DNA of 62,476 nucleotides from Alphaproteobacteria bacterium (GTDB lineage Bacteria; Pseudomonadota; Alphaproteobacteria; RF32; CAG-239): NCBI GenBank assembly GCA_031550205.1, contig JAVBOV010000040.1, positions 1 to 62,476 of the forward strand, read 5' to 3'. Shown piece by piece: positions 1 to 9,328 of this stretch (position 1 is its first letter; each line of letters starts with the position of its first letter). The notes under the pieces were generated by a model. It saw only the letters and a program-made list of their open reading frames with translations, ran no database searches and was not told where the DNA came from. The position numbers and the translations under genes were made by a program.

Positions 1-1
1 T

Positions 2-1966
2 TATTTCGGTGACAAAGTTAAAGGCGATTTATATGTTTATGTCGACCCAAATTCCGGAAATAAGGTATATTTCACAAGAAACGGTGATACACTCGAATCT
101 GTCGGCGGAGCTTCTAAAGGATGCGTGCCGCTGCCGTTTAAGCTGTTTGAGTCTAAATCTTGCATATTCTGCCCTCTGTTCAAGGTTCTTTTTAATGCCG
201 CGCAAGATATGTCAACCAAGGCATATGGCGTTTTGGCCGGGCAGCTGAAAAAAATTATTTTAATCGGTTTCGCACTGTTTTTGGCAATTAAAGTTCTGGG
301 GCAGGTCAGCGCTTTTGTGAAGCAGGACGCGCCAAAATTTGTTACCGAATCGCTTACTCAAGCTTTTAAAGTTTTAGTTGCATTTTTATGTTTAACATCC
401 GCATCAATTGTATATGGCTACATTATCGGGCCGGTGCTCTCGGCGGGGCTCGATTTTGGCACAAGTTTGTTGTTTGAGGCCAACCTGGCAGATAAGATGA
501 GAGAAGGCTCGCTTTGCAAAACAGACCTCAGCGGCACGCATTCAGGCGTTTTGCCGGTTTATCTGTTTGACAAGATAGATTGTTTTATTCGAAAAGTGCA
601 AGATGAACTTTCTGTTCCGCAGTCCATCGGCTCAACCTTAATGTGCGTGGCCAGAAACTCCGCCGCAACCGATAAGGTTCTGGGCGTGGTTAAGTTGTGG
701 GATTTCGGCATGATGCTGCAAGGCCTGATTATATTTGTCTTTGCATGGCTGGTGACTTTGGCCTTTGCCTTTTATTTGATTGACGCCACCGTGCGATTGG
801 GAATTTTGGGCGCGCTGATGCCGTTCTTAATTGCCTGCTGGCCGTTCAAGCCCACCGCCAATTATACCAAAAACGGCTGGACAATGTTTATGAACACCTT
901 CTTTTCATATGTTTTCATGGGTTTGGTGATTTCTGTCAACGTGCAGTTGATGGCCAACGCCTTAACCGGCGGCAATGACGCCCAAGGCGGGTGGGTAACG
1001 ATTATGGACGCCGTTAATGACGACCAAGTTGAAAAACTTAAAGATATTTTAGATATCGGGTTTGCCGGGTTCTTAATTCTTCTTGCCTGCTGTTTATTCG
1101 GCTTTAAGCTGACCGCGCAAGCCACTTCTCTGGCCTCTTCAATGGCCGGAGGCGGCGGAGATTCCAAAGCCGGTGCCGCAATCGGCGGATTGGCCGCTTC
1201 AGCCGCCAAGGGCGGCGCTCAGCAGGTTGGAAAAACCGCAAAGTGGGCTGCTCAGCCGGTACTTGACGGCGCAAAACGCGGCGGCATGAAAATTGCCGAT
1301 AAGACCGTGGGCACCATCGGCAGAGCCTTGGGGCTTTCAAGGTATAAGAAACCTGAGGCCGCAGCCGCAGCCGCGGCCGGCGGTGCAGGCAGAGGTCAGA
1401 AGCCGAAACCGAATCCGACAACCGCTCAGCAGCAACAGCAGCCGACCGGAAAGCCGACAGCTCCTGAAAATGCTTTTAGAAACAGCTTGTCTAAAGATGA
1501 ACAGCGCAGTTATGACAAAGCAGAAAACTATGTTAATCGCGGAACTAAAGACGGCTCAATGGGGCAACCTAAGAATCAGGAAGACAAAGATGCCAGAGTT
1601 AAGAGTGTATATGGTGCTGTCAAAGAAGCGGAGCGCCACGGAACAAGCAATATGACGGCCGAATATCCGGGATATTCTTTTAGCACTGACGAGGTGGGCC
1701 GCGTCGACTTTAATAAAGCCTACTCCGTTGACCATGGTAAACTGAGCGATAGCGATAAAGATATTTATAATTCTATTTCTGAAAGAAAAGCTCAAGGCGG
1801 AGCTGATGCAGGTCTGAATGTGGATGGCACTTTTGTTATGGCAAAAGCTCATGAGATGAACGGCGGAAACCCTTATGCATTTGGCAAGAAGCCAACCCCT
1901 TCTTCCGAATCGGGAAGCGGCGGCGGAGGTAGCATCGGTGATGATATCGATACACTTTATAAATAG
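2..1966 (+). CDS. virB6: VirB6/TrbL-family T4SS polytopic inner-membrane protein, paralog 1 (5' end lies upstream of the window)
   Basis: The frame is open from base 2 (YFGDKVKGDLYVYVDPNSG...) straight into the listed GTG-started ORF 125..1966, so the true N-terminus is off-window. Several hydrophobic helices. TrbL/VirB6-like core LMPFLIACWPFKPTANYTKNGWTMFMNTFFSYVFMGL. G/A/K-rich stretch, then a long hydrophilic tail. The SCIFCPLFKVLFNAA..KAY motif recurs in the 5137..8001 paralog. Confidence 0.7.
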   Translation, partial: YFGDKVKGDLYVYVDPNSGNKVYFTRNGDTLESVGGASKGCVPLPFKLFESKSCIFCPLFKVLFNAAQDMSTKAYGVLAGQLKKIILIGFALFLAIKVLGQVSAFVKQDAPKFVTESLTQAFKVLVAFLCLTSASIVYGYIIGPVLSAGLDFGTSLLFEANLADKMREGSLCKTDLSGTHSGVLPVYLFDKIDCFIRKVQDELSVPQSIGSTLMCVARNSAATDKVLGVVKLWDFGMMLQGLIIFVFAWLVTLAFAFYLIDATVRLGILGALMPFLIACWPFKPTANYTKNGWTMFMNTFFSYVFMGLVISVNVQLMANALTGGNDAQGGWVTIMDAVNDDQVEKLKDILDIGFAGFLILLACCLFGFKLTAQATSLASSMAGGGGDSKAGAAIGGLAASAAKGGAQQVGKTAKWAAQPVLDGAKRGGMKIADKTVGTIGRALGLSRYKKPEAAAAAAAGGAGRGQKPKPNPTTAQQQQQPTGKPTAPENAFRNSLSKDEQRSYDKAENYVNRGTKDGSMGQPKNQEDKDARVKSVYGAVKEAERHGTSNMTAEYPGYSFSTDEVGRVDFNKAYSVDHGKLSDSDKDIYNSISERKAQGGADAGLNVDGTFVMAKAHEMNGGNPYAFGKKPTPSSESGSGGGGSIGDDIDTLYK

Positions 1967-1973
1967 GTAAGAG

Positions 1974-3305
1974 ATGATGAAAAACTGGGCGGACATATTT
2001 AGGGTTTTAAGATTGTTGGCAGTTCTGCTGCCGATTATCTTGGTTTTGCCCGCCTGTTCCGGCGAAGAAGGCTCAAGCGCAACTTCCGATTATTCCGCCG
2101 TTGATAAAACAGCCAATCCTGAAGCGCTCAGCGAGCAGCAAAGAGAATGCTGGCAGTCGGAAATTATCGGCGCTTTTTATGACACCATGAGCAAAACCAC
2201 CATGGATATGTATAGCCAGATTACCTTCGGCGCGCTGCCGTTTATGATGGTGGCCTTTGCCCTGTGGTTTGCACACCGCCTGCTTTTGCACGTCAGCTCA
2301 GTGGTGGAAGAAAACCCCAACGAGGTTTGGAACGAGGTGTTTAGAAAAATGTTTATCTGCTTTGCGTGCGGATATCTGGCTTCTTCCATTGCCTCAATTA
2401 TCTGGTTTTTAAATGTTTTGGTCTTTCCCATATACAGCGCGTTTCTGGAGTTCGGCTCAGAGATTTTAAACAATGCCTCTTTGGCCTCAAGCAAGCATCA
2501 GGGCGATGTTAAGATTTTCGGCGAGACCCTGTTTACAACCAATTCCATTATCTGCAAATTTTCCGGGCAGCCGGAAGTGACCATTTCAAACGGGTTTCCG
2601 CAAGGGCCAAAAGACATGATGGAGTGCATGATCTGCGCGGTTAACGAACGTTTGAACCTGGGCTTCAAGCTCTCTTATACGGTGATGCAGGCGCCGGGGT
2701 TCATGGCAACCCTGCTAGGCATATTCATTTTATTATGCTTCACCTTTGTTAAGCTCGGCTTTGTGTTTTATTTGGTGGATACAATCTTTAAATTTACGGT
2801 AATGGCAATTTTATTGCCGCTGTTGATTATGGCCGCCGCCTTCAAAAACACCAGAGGATGGCTGAAAACCGGAATCCTTTCAATCTTAAACTCGGCCGCG
2901 TTTATGATGTTTATTTCAATTGTAATGGCAATGACCCTGATGGCAATTGAGCAGGTGATTGCCAATAATCCGGCCATTTTTGCCGGCGACGACCCGCAGA
3001 CCTTCAAAGAGCTTTCAATTCCGTTCTTATGCCTGATGATGATTGCCTTCCTCTTGATTTCAGCCATGGGCGTGGCGCAAAAGGTGACCTCGAGCCTGGT
3101 CGGCGGCGGAACTTCAGCAGAGTTTAACAAAAAGGTTACAATGGTGGCAAGCATGATTGCCAACACCGTGGGAAGCTGGCTGACATTCGGAACTTCAACC
3201 GCCGTCAGAAAAGCCGTGGATATGGGCAAGGCTGCGGCCGGCGGCGGAAAAAACATTGCGCAAAAAGCTTACAACAAAGTTAAGAGGAAGAAAGATGGCA
3301 AATAA
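1974..3305 (+). CDS. virB6: VirB6/TrbL-like membrane protein, paralog 2
   Basis: 443 aa, starts 8 nt after the paralog 1 stop. N-terminal signal with a lipobox-like LVLPAC. Six or more hydrophobic helices. Core LLPLLIMAAAFKNTRGWLKTGILSILNSAAFMMFISIV aligns with its neighbours. G/A/K-rich tail GKAAAGGGKNIAQKAYNKVKRKK. Confidence 0.6.
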   Translation: MMKNWADIFRVLRLLAVLLPIILVLPACSGEEGSSATSDYSAVDKTANPEALSEQQRECWQSEIIGAFYDTMSKTTMDMYSQITFGALPFMMVAFALWFAHRLLLHVSSVVEENPNEVWNEVFRKMFICFACGYLASSIASIIWFLNVLVFPIYSAFLEFGSEILNNASLASSKHQGDVKIFGETLFTTNSIICKFSGQPEVTISNGFPQGPKDMMECMICAVNERLNLGFKLSYTVMQAPGFMATLLGIFILLCFTFVKLGFVFYLVDTIFKFTVMAILLPLLIMAAAFKNTRGWLKTGILSILNSAAFMMFISIVMAMTLMAIEQVIANNPAIFAGDDPQTFKELSIPFLCLMMIAFLLISAMGVAQKVTSSLVGGGTSAEFNKKVTMVASMIANTVGSWLTFGTSTAVRKAVDMGKAAAGGGKNIAQKAYNKVKRKKDGK

Positions 3306-5130
3306 AGCTAAAACATTGATGGCAAAGGGTTTGGTGAAAAACATGTTTTTCATTATGCTTTTGGCATTTTGTTTTGCCCTTAATGTCGGCGCGCAGGAAC
3401 TGCCAAAAGATGATATTAATGCAAAGGCTTATAAGACTTTTACATATAACAGCAAGCAATCTAAAGAATATAATGAAGATGCGCAAAGGCAGGTTGAGGC
3501 TTATAATGCATATATTAAGACTCTCTCCGAGGCCGGGATAAAAAAGGGAACCGGAGAATTTCCATCGCTGGTTAATTCTGATTCCGCCAAAGCCAAAAGA
3601 GCCAAAAAACAAATTTTGGATACAGCCGGAGAAGAGAATTATAAAAAGGTTGAAGCCGCGGCCAAGGAGCTTAATAAAGCAGACAAGGCAATGGATGCGC
3701 ATAAGCTGACCGTGGACCAGGCTATTGAAGTGACTAAAGCCTCTCTCGGAAGCCAGCCGATGACAAACCTTTTGTTTGACACGATGGGTCGAGGAATGGC
3801 TAATCTGCACTCGAAACAGCTGGGACTGGCAGACCCGTTTTCAAATGCAAGGTGCAGAATTGACCAGATGAAGATTAAATATCAGTCGTCGTGTTATTCA
3901 TGCATTATTGTTAAAACTCTGATTGAGACATTTATGAGCGCCTGTTCAAAGGTTTATGGCGTGGCGACCAAGGCCGGCGGCATTATTCTTTTGCTGGGAA
4001 CGGTCTTGTGGCTGGCGGTGTTTGCCCTGCACAATGTTTCTTCTTTTGCAAATGTGGAGCCGGCGTCGGAGATTAACGAGCTGTTGGTGTTTTTGTTCAA
4101 AGTGGTCTTTGTTTGGGCAGTTTTGGGAGCCGGGCTGGACTTTATTATTCAATATATGATTAACCCCATTTTGGCGACCGGCGCCGATTATGGAATCGGC
4201 ATAATTCAATCTGCCGGGGTTGTGAAATTTAACCCGGAAACCGCCGGAGAAATTTATGGAGAAAAAGTGCAATATGCCTACGAGGGCGTCAGAGTCATTG
4301 AGCCGGCGGTAATTAATAAGCTGCTTAATCTTAACCGCGCAATCGATGCCACGGTTTCAACCAATCTGGTGGTGGGACACGCCCTTACCTGCCATTCTCT
4401 GCACGCCGGAATGATCAGGCTTTCAGCGGTTAATATTCCCGATATCTGGATTTGGCTGTGCGGCGCAATTATCTGGTTTTTCGGGTTTATGATGACTTTG
4501 GCAGTTTCATATTATCTGCTGGATGTCTGCTTTAAGATGGGCTTTATGGTTATGGTGCTGCCGGTGGTGATTGCCCTGTGGCCGTTTAATTATACCAAAG
4601 ACAAACTTAAGGTTTGCTTCTCCATTCTCTTAAAATCGGCCGCCGTGTTCGCCTTTTTGGCAATTACCACGTCATATGCCTTGACCATTATTCAGGCCTC
4701 AATCGGCGGAATTGACGAGCTTTTGAAAAGAATTGTGGATGGCGACGCCGAATATGTGGCAGATAAATTTGCGCCGAACGGCTCACAGTTCCTTATTCTG
4801 GTGTTTGCTTATTTATATGCCATGAAGCTGATTATGGGCACAATCAACGACTTTTCGGAGCAGTTCTTTCCGGATAAGGCTATCGGCAATGTGTCGCCGA
4901 TTCATAAGATGACCACACAGATGACCGACGGCGTTAAGAAAAAAGGCATGGAAGGCGCCGATGCCGCCACATCGGGGCTGAGAAGTTATGCCGGAGACAA
5001 GATGAACCAAGCCAGAGGCTCAGCTTACGGAGCAATTGCCAAAGGCGCCAAAGCTACCGGAGGAGCAATCGGCAATGCGGCGGCCGGAGCGGTTAAATTT
5101 GCGGCTAATAAGTTTAAGAAAAAAGGCTAG
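3295..5130 (+). CDS. virB6: VirB6/TrbL-like membrane protein, paralog 3
   Basis: The listed ORF starts at 3256 but overlaps the upstream gene. ATG 3295 follows an AAGAGGAAG RBS and gives a signal-like MANKAKTLMAKGLVKNMFFIMLLAFCFALNVGAQE. SCYSCIIVKTLIETF motif, core VVIALWPFNYTKDKLKVCFSILLKSAAVFAF, G/A/K-rich tail. Confidence 0.65.
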   Translation: MANKAKTLMAKGLVKNMFFIMLLAFCFALNVGAQELPKDDINAKAYKTFTYNSKQSKEYNEDAQRQVEAYNAYIKTLSEAGIKKGTGEFPSLVNSDSAKAKRAKKQILDTAGEENYKKVEAAAKELNKADKAMDAHKLTVDQAIEVTKASLGSQPMTNLLFDTMGRGMANLHSKQLGLADPFSNARCRIDQMKIKYQSSCYSCIIVKTLIETFMSACSKVYGVATKAGGIILLLGTVLWLAVFALHNVSSFANVEPASEINELLVFLFKVVFVWAVLGAGLDFIIQYMINPILATGADYGIGIIQSAGVVKFNPETAGEIYGEKVQYAYEGVRVIEPAVINKLLNLNRAIDATVSTNLVVGHALTCHSLHAGMIRLSAVNIPDIWIWLCGAIIWFFGFMMTLAVSYYLLDVCFKMGFMVMVLPVVIALWPFNYTKDKLKVCFSILLKSAAVFAFLAITTSYALTIIQASIGGIDELLKRIVDGDAEYVADKFAPNGSQFLILVFAYLYAMKLIMGTINDFSEQFFPDKAIGNVSPIHKMTTQMTDGVKKKGMEGADAATSGLRSYAGDKMNQARGSAYGAIAKGAKATGGAIGNAAAGAVKFAANKFKKKG

Positions 5131-5136
5131 AGCAAA

Positions 5137-8001
5137 ATGAAAACGGGAAATATGACATATTTCAAAAATTTTAGGTTTAGGGCTTTGGGTTTGGCTTTGT
5201 TTGCCGCTTTGGCCTTGGTTAATTTTGCTTTTGCCGACGTTGCCGAAGAATGCGGCTCTTATGACCCGAAAAACCACAAACTTAACAACGAATGCCCGAC
5301 CGGAACCAGAAACGATATTTCAGCCAAGTGTTTAATGGATTTGAACAAAGACAATAAGACCTGTCTTAACACCATGCCGACAGATAATGTGGTGCGCGTG
5401 CCGGAAGACGTTTGCTTCAGAGGCGAAGGATGGAACAGAAAAAGAAACCACAATGCCATGGACTATGCAGCCGTGGCAGGAACGCCGATATATGCCGCCG
5501 CTGACGGAATTATTGACCATAAAGCTGACACAAATTCATGTACCAGCGGAGGCGGAAGAGGCGTATGGATGCTGCATGCCAAAGGCGGAAAAACCACAAA
5601 TATTAGAAATTTGCCAAAAAGCGAGCAGTATCAGACCATTTATCTGCACTTGTCGGAAGTTACTGTTGTCGTGGACTCTTTTGTTAAGAAAGGCACGCTT
5701 ATCGGCAAAATGGGCGGCTCCGACTGCAAGGACGGAAAGATTATTGAAAACGCCTACGGTTCCCACCTGCATTTTGAGATTAGAGACGGCAACGGACAGG
5801 TAATTAACCCAATGTGCGAAGGCGTACAGGAATTGTGCGGAAGCTCGGAGAAAATGGATACCAAAACCTGCCGCACAAATTGTAAGGAAAACCCCACCGC
5901 CTGCCAGGCAATCAGTTATGTGAACAAACCAACCGGAGCAGCAGCCGTAAGTTCTTCTTCGGCAAGCGCAGTGGAACAGTCAAAACGCTGCGATTATAAC
6001 AAATATTTATCAAGCTTTAAAAGCTGCATTTTCTGCGACGTTTTCACAATATTATTCAACACCGCCAGTTCCATCGCCGTTAAGGCTTATAATGTTTTTG
6101 CATATGCAATTCAGGGCGTGGTGATTGTGGGAATGGCCGTGTGGCTGGCTCTGCTGATTTTGAAATATATATCGGCCATGGAAGTTAAAGACCCGCGCAA
6201 GATGACCAAAGAGATATTAAACCAGGCCTTTGTGGTTTTGATGGTGATTATCTTTTTGCGCATGGATTCCGCAAGCTTTCTGGCAATTTTTATGGAGCCG
6301 ATATTTAATACCGGGTTTAAGCTGGCCAGAATTGCCTCTCACGGCGGAGCCTGCAATTATGCCGACTTTTCCATTTTAACCACCGGCGGCATTCCGGCAT
6401 CAATGGGCTTTGACATTGTCTGCACGGTCAGTGCCATTCAAGACAGAATCATCGGCGCAATGTCTATCGGTTCAACGCTGATGTGTATGGGCTTGTTTGA
6501 AAGATCGTGGCACTTTATTCCTATTTTTCCGCATCTGGGATTTTTGTTCAGCGGCATTTTGATTTGGATTTCAGCCTTTTTGCTTTTGGTGATATATCCG
6601 TGGCTGCTGATTAACTCGGTGCTGCAGCTCAGCGTGGCCGCCGCCCTGCTGCCAGCCGCCATCGGGTGTTATGCCTTCAAAATTACCAGAAAGCATGTAA
6701 CCAAAATTTTTGACACTTTTATGAATGCAATCTTCACTTTTGTGTTCTTATCAATCATCATCTATATCATTACAGCTCAGATAGAAGTGATTTTGGGCGA
6801 TGAGATGATTAAGTCTTTGAAAGATTCAAGCGTTAATAATGACGATCTGCTGCAAAACTTCAGCTGGACCGGAATGAAATTATTACATCTGGTATTTGTG
6901 CTGCTTTTGGGCTGGGCGGTTTTGGGTAAGACCAAAGAGTTTGCCGACGAGTTTGGCGGCGGACTGAAGATTACGGGAATTGGCGAAAGCGTCGGCGGAT
7001 TGGGCGCCAGCGCGGCGCACGGCGTGACTAAGCTCGGCATGAAAGCCGGCGGCGGAGCACTGAAATGGGGCGGAAGAAAAACCGGAAACGCCATTATCGG
7101 CGCAGTGGCTTCGGCAAGAGTTAAGCATATGTCAAACAAGATTAAGAACAACCAAAATGCCGTGACTAATGCCGACGGGTCGGTTACAGTTACTTCCAAA
7201 AACTGGAAGGGGCAGCAGGTTACCAGAACCCTTTCTCAGGGAGCTTCAGGCCAGAATCAAATTTTGAAGACCAGGGAAAAGAGAAACGGAAAAACCGTGC
7301 AGACCGCAACCGATAAATTTGCACGCATCAAAACCGTGCAAGATAAAAACGGCAACGAAATTCGCTCCAATGTGGTGATGACCTCAGCCATGGGCAAAAA
7401 CCTTTTGAACAAAGACGGCTCAATCAACACATTTGCAATGAACTATTTGCGCAAAAATTCCGGACATGATGCCGACACCATGAACCGCGTTATTTTGGAA
7501 AGGCTGATGAAAGAAAGGCTGCCGAATCTGAAGGGCGCTTCAATGAACAAGTCTTATAAGAGCATTAAGATTGAGACCAAGGAAGATGACCAGGGAAGAG
7601 AGACTTTCTCGGTGCGCATGGTTAATAAAAACGGAACAGAATCGGTGTTTAAGATGACGACCAATGAGGGCGGCGATAGAATAATGACCGAGTTTAGCCA
7701 GATTGATGCGGCCGGAAGATATGGTCTGACTCATTCCACAGACGGTATTATTAACAAACGTTCCGCATATGAGATGGACAAGGACGGAAAGATTATTGAG
7801 GGAAGCGAAGAAAATGAGTATTCCTTCACCGACTATTATTTGAGCCTGGGCGAAGGCAGACCGATTGACAGCTACGGCACAGTTGCCGATTATATTCCGG
7901 CGGGCAGCTCCATGTATGGCATTGATGACCGCGAGGAAATGAGCGAGCAGCACATTAAAAACCTTGGCCGCGGCGTTGATATGGACGAGTTTAGAAAATA
8001 A
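5137..8001 (+). CDS. M23/LytM peptidase domain fused to a VirB6/TrbL-like membrane domain, paralog 4
   Basis: 954 aa. Signal peptide LALFAALALVNFAFA|DV. M23 metallopeptidase motifs HNAMDYAA..GTPIYAAADG and GSHLHFEIRDG (about 5440..5815). Cys-rich linker. VirB6-like core (SCIFCDVFTILFNTA..KAY; LLPAAIGCYAFKITRKHVTKIFDTFMNAIFTFVF; G/A/K stretch), then a hydrophilic C-terminal extension of about 330 aa. Confidence 0.75.
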   Translation: MKTGNMTYFKNFRFRALGLALFAALALVNFAFADVAEECGSYDPKNHKLNNECPTGTRNDISAKCLMDLNKDNKTCLNTMPTDNVVRVPEDVCFRGEGWNRKRNHNAMDYAAVAGTPIYAAADGIIDHKADTNSCTSGGGRGVWMLHAKGGKTTNIRNLPKSEQYQTIYLHLSEVTVVVDSFVKKGTLIGKMGGSDCKDGKIIENAYGSHLHFEIRDGNGQVINPMCEGVQELCGSSEKMDTKTCRTNCKENPTACQAISYVNKPTGAAAVSSSSASAVEQSKRCDYNKYLSSFKSCIFCDVFTILFNTASSIAVKAYNVFAYAIQGVVIVGMAVWLALLILKYISAMEVKDPRKMTKEILNQAFVVLMVIIFLRMDSASFLAIFMEPIFNTGFKLARIASHGGACNYADFSILTTGGIPASMGFDIVCTVSAIQDRIIGAMSIGSTLMCMGLFERSWHFIPIFPHLGFLFSGILIWISAFLLLVIYPWLLINSVLQLSVAAALLPAAIGCYAFKITRKHVTKIFDTFMNAIFTFVFLSIIIYIITAQIEVILGDEMIKSLKDSSVNNDDLLQNFSWTGMKLLHLVFVLLLGWAVLGKTKEFADEFGGGLKITGIGESVGGLGASAAHGVTKLGMKAGGGALKWGGRKTGNAIIGAVASARVKHMSNKIKNNQNAVTNADGSVTVTSKNWKGQQVTRTLSQGASGQNQILKTREKRNGKTVQTATDKFARIKTVQDKNGNEIRSNVVMTSAMGKNLLNKDGSINTFAMNYLRKNSGHDADTMNRVILERLMKERLPNLKGASMNKSYKSIKIETKEDDQGRETFSVRMVNKNGTESVFKMTTNEGGDRIMTEFSQIDAAGRYGLTHSTDGIINKRSAYEMDKDGKIIEGSEENEYSFTDYYLSLGEGRPIDSYGTVADYIPAGSSMYGIDDREEMSEQHIKNLGRGVDMDEFRK

Positions 8002-8029
8002 AGTTTAACAACTTTAAATATACAAAAAA

Positions 8030-8057
8030 GACAATTTTGCACAAATTGTCTTTTTTT
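8030..8057 (+). terminator. Rho-independent terminator after the virB6 array
   Basis: Stem GACAATTT (8030..8037) pairs with AAATTGTC (8043..8050) around a 5-nt loop, followed by a T7 run (8051..8057). Lies 29 nt after the stop at 8001. Confidence 0.75.
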
Positions 8058-8068
8058 GTACTATTTTC

Positions 8069-8119
8069 TTGATTAATCATTTTGAATCATAGTATGATTG
8101 CCACAATACATGGAATCAT
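8069..8119 (+). promoter_or_regulatory. Putative promoter and operator of the HTH repressor gene
   Basis: TTGATT (8069..8074), 18 nt, TATGAT (8093..8098). A perfect 7-1-7 palindrome AATCATAGTATGATT (8085..8099) overlaps the -10 element. Extra AATCAT half-sites at 8075..8080 and 8114..8119. GATTAATC palindrome at 8071..8078. Confidence 0.45.
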
Positions 8120-8137
8120 TATTAGGGGTATTCAGTC

Positions 8138-9112
8138 ATGGAAGAAATTATTTTCCCGAATCAAATCAGAATGTTCCGCCGTTTGCGCGGAAAGTCTATG
8201 CAGGAACTGGCCGACCATTTGGGCGTGAGCTTGTCTGCAATTTCTAAGATTGAAAAAGGTTACAGAAGAGTTGACCAAGAGCAGTTGGTTAGAGTGGCAG
8301 AATTTTTGGACTGCCCTTTGCAGGAGCTTTTTGTTAACGAGCAAAATTCTCAGACTGAAGTTGTGCAATCTTGGCGCAGAGAACAAGAACGCCGCAACAA
8401 GATTAATGAAAAAAGCGGTTTGAAAACCCTGGGTGCCGGCTTGCGCCAGATTAGAAACGAGAGAAACCTGACTTTGATTGAAGTGGCTGAAAGCGCCGAC
8501 ATGACCTTGTCGGTTTATCACCGCATTGAGATGGGGCAGAGAGAAGTTTCAGATAAGGAGATGAAAAACATTTCCAAAGCAATCGGCATGCCCACAGAAG
8601 AGCTTAAGGAAGCCATTAAAAAGCTTGATGACAAGGGAATGCTTGAAGAGATTATTCAGAGAAATGATGCCAAATATAAGCTTTTATCCACTCCGCGCGG
8701 CGCAATTTCCGTGTTTGGAACATCGCAGGGTATGGACACTTTGAAAATTTCCGTGTTCGGCGTGGCCGGCAAAGTCGGAGATATTTTGGTTGATTTGGAG
8801 CAGGAAACCAAAAAGGTTCAACGTCCGCCGCAATTAAACGCCAAGAAAGACATTTACGGCGTGAATCTTTGCACCCGCCGCCTTGGCAGTTTGCTGCCGA
8901 ATCGCTCGGTTTTGATTGTTGACCCGAATGATATGGTCAGCGTCGGCGACATTGCTTTGTATTATACCGATGAAGAAACGGCAAAGCTGGTCAGCGTTCG
9001 TGAAGATGATGAAGGAAAGCTTTACGGAATGCGCTGGAATCCGGATGAGAAGATTAACTTCACCAACAACGATTTGAAAAAAATTCATAAAGTTGTGGCG
9101 GTTTATTTGTAA
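8138..9112 (+). CDS. Cro/C1 (XRE)-type transcriptional regulator with two HTH modules and a LexA/CI S24-like C-terminal domain
   Basis: 324 aa. HTH 1: QIRMFRRLRGKSMQELADHLGVSLSAISKIEKG. HTH 2: GLRQIRNERNLTLIEVAESADMTLSVYHRIEMG. C-terminal S24-like pattern LGSLLPNRSVLIVDP..VGDIALYY..TAKLVSV..IHKVVAVYL. AGGGG RBS before ATG 8138. Confidence 0.7.
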   Translation: MEEIIFPNQIRMFRRLRGKSMQELADHLGVSLSAISKIEKGYRRVDQEQLVRVAEFLDCPLQELFVNEQNSQTEVVQSWRREQERRNKINEKSGLKTLGAGLRQIRNERNLTLIEVAESADMTLSVYHRIEMGQREVSDKEMKNISKAIGMPTEELKEAIKKLDDKGMLEEIIQRNDAKYKLLSTPRGAISVFGTSQGMDTLKISVFGVAGKVGDILVDLEQETKKVQRPPQLNAKKDIYGVNLCTRRLGSLLPNRSVLIVDPNDMVSVGDIALYYTDEETAKLVSVREDDEGKLYGMRWNPDEKINFTNNDLKKIHKVVAVYL

Positions 9113-9120
9113 GAAAAAAA

Positions 9121-9144
9121 GCTCTCGGGAACGAGAGCTTTTTT
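9121..9144 (+). terminator. Rho-independent terminator after the regulator gene
   Basis: GCTCTCG (9121..9127), loop GGAA, CGAGAGC (9132..9138), then T6. An A-run precedes it. Confidence 0.8.
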
Positions 9145-9160
9145 AGTGGTGTGAGCTAAC

Positions 9161-9286
9161 GTCATTGCGGGCTTGACCCGCAATCTATTGGGAAAGGCTT
9201 GCTTTTTGTCTGTTGGATGTTTGGAAGAGAAACATGTACATTATCTGCCTTTCTGAATGGATTGCGGCTCGGAGGCCGCAATGACA
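9161..9286. repeat. Composite palindromic MITE-like element, copy 1 (terminal inverted repeats GTCATTGCGG / CCGCAATGAC)
   Basis: Left module GTCATTGCGGGCTTGACCCGCAATCTATTGGGAAAGGCTTGC (9161..9203). Right module CTGCCTTTCTGAATGGATTGCGGCTCGGAGGCCGCAATGACA (9245..9286). The same two modules occur in the same order at 53357..53492. Confidence 0.6.
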
Positions 9287-9328
9287 AGAAAGAGAAAAAT
9301 CCCTCCAATTGGAGGGCTTTTTGATTCA

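Noticed and set aside
1104-1655. ORFs in alternative frames inside virB6 paralog 1 (1104..1421 -, 1293..1655 +)
   Set aside because: They are embedded in the G/A/K/P-rich low-complexity tail region of a longer, motif-supported ORF, and their products are R/P-rich nonsense-like sequences.
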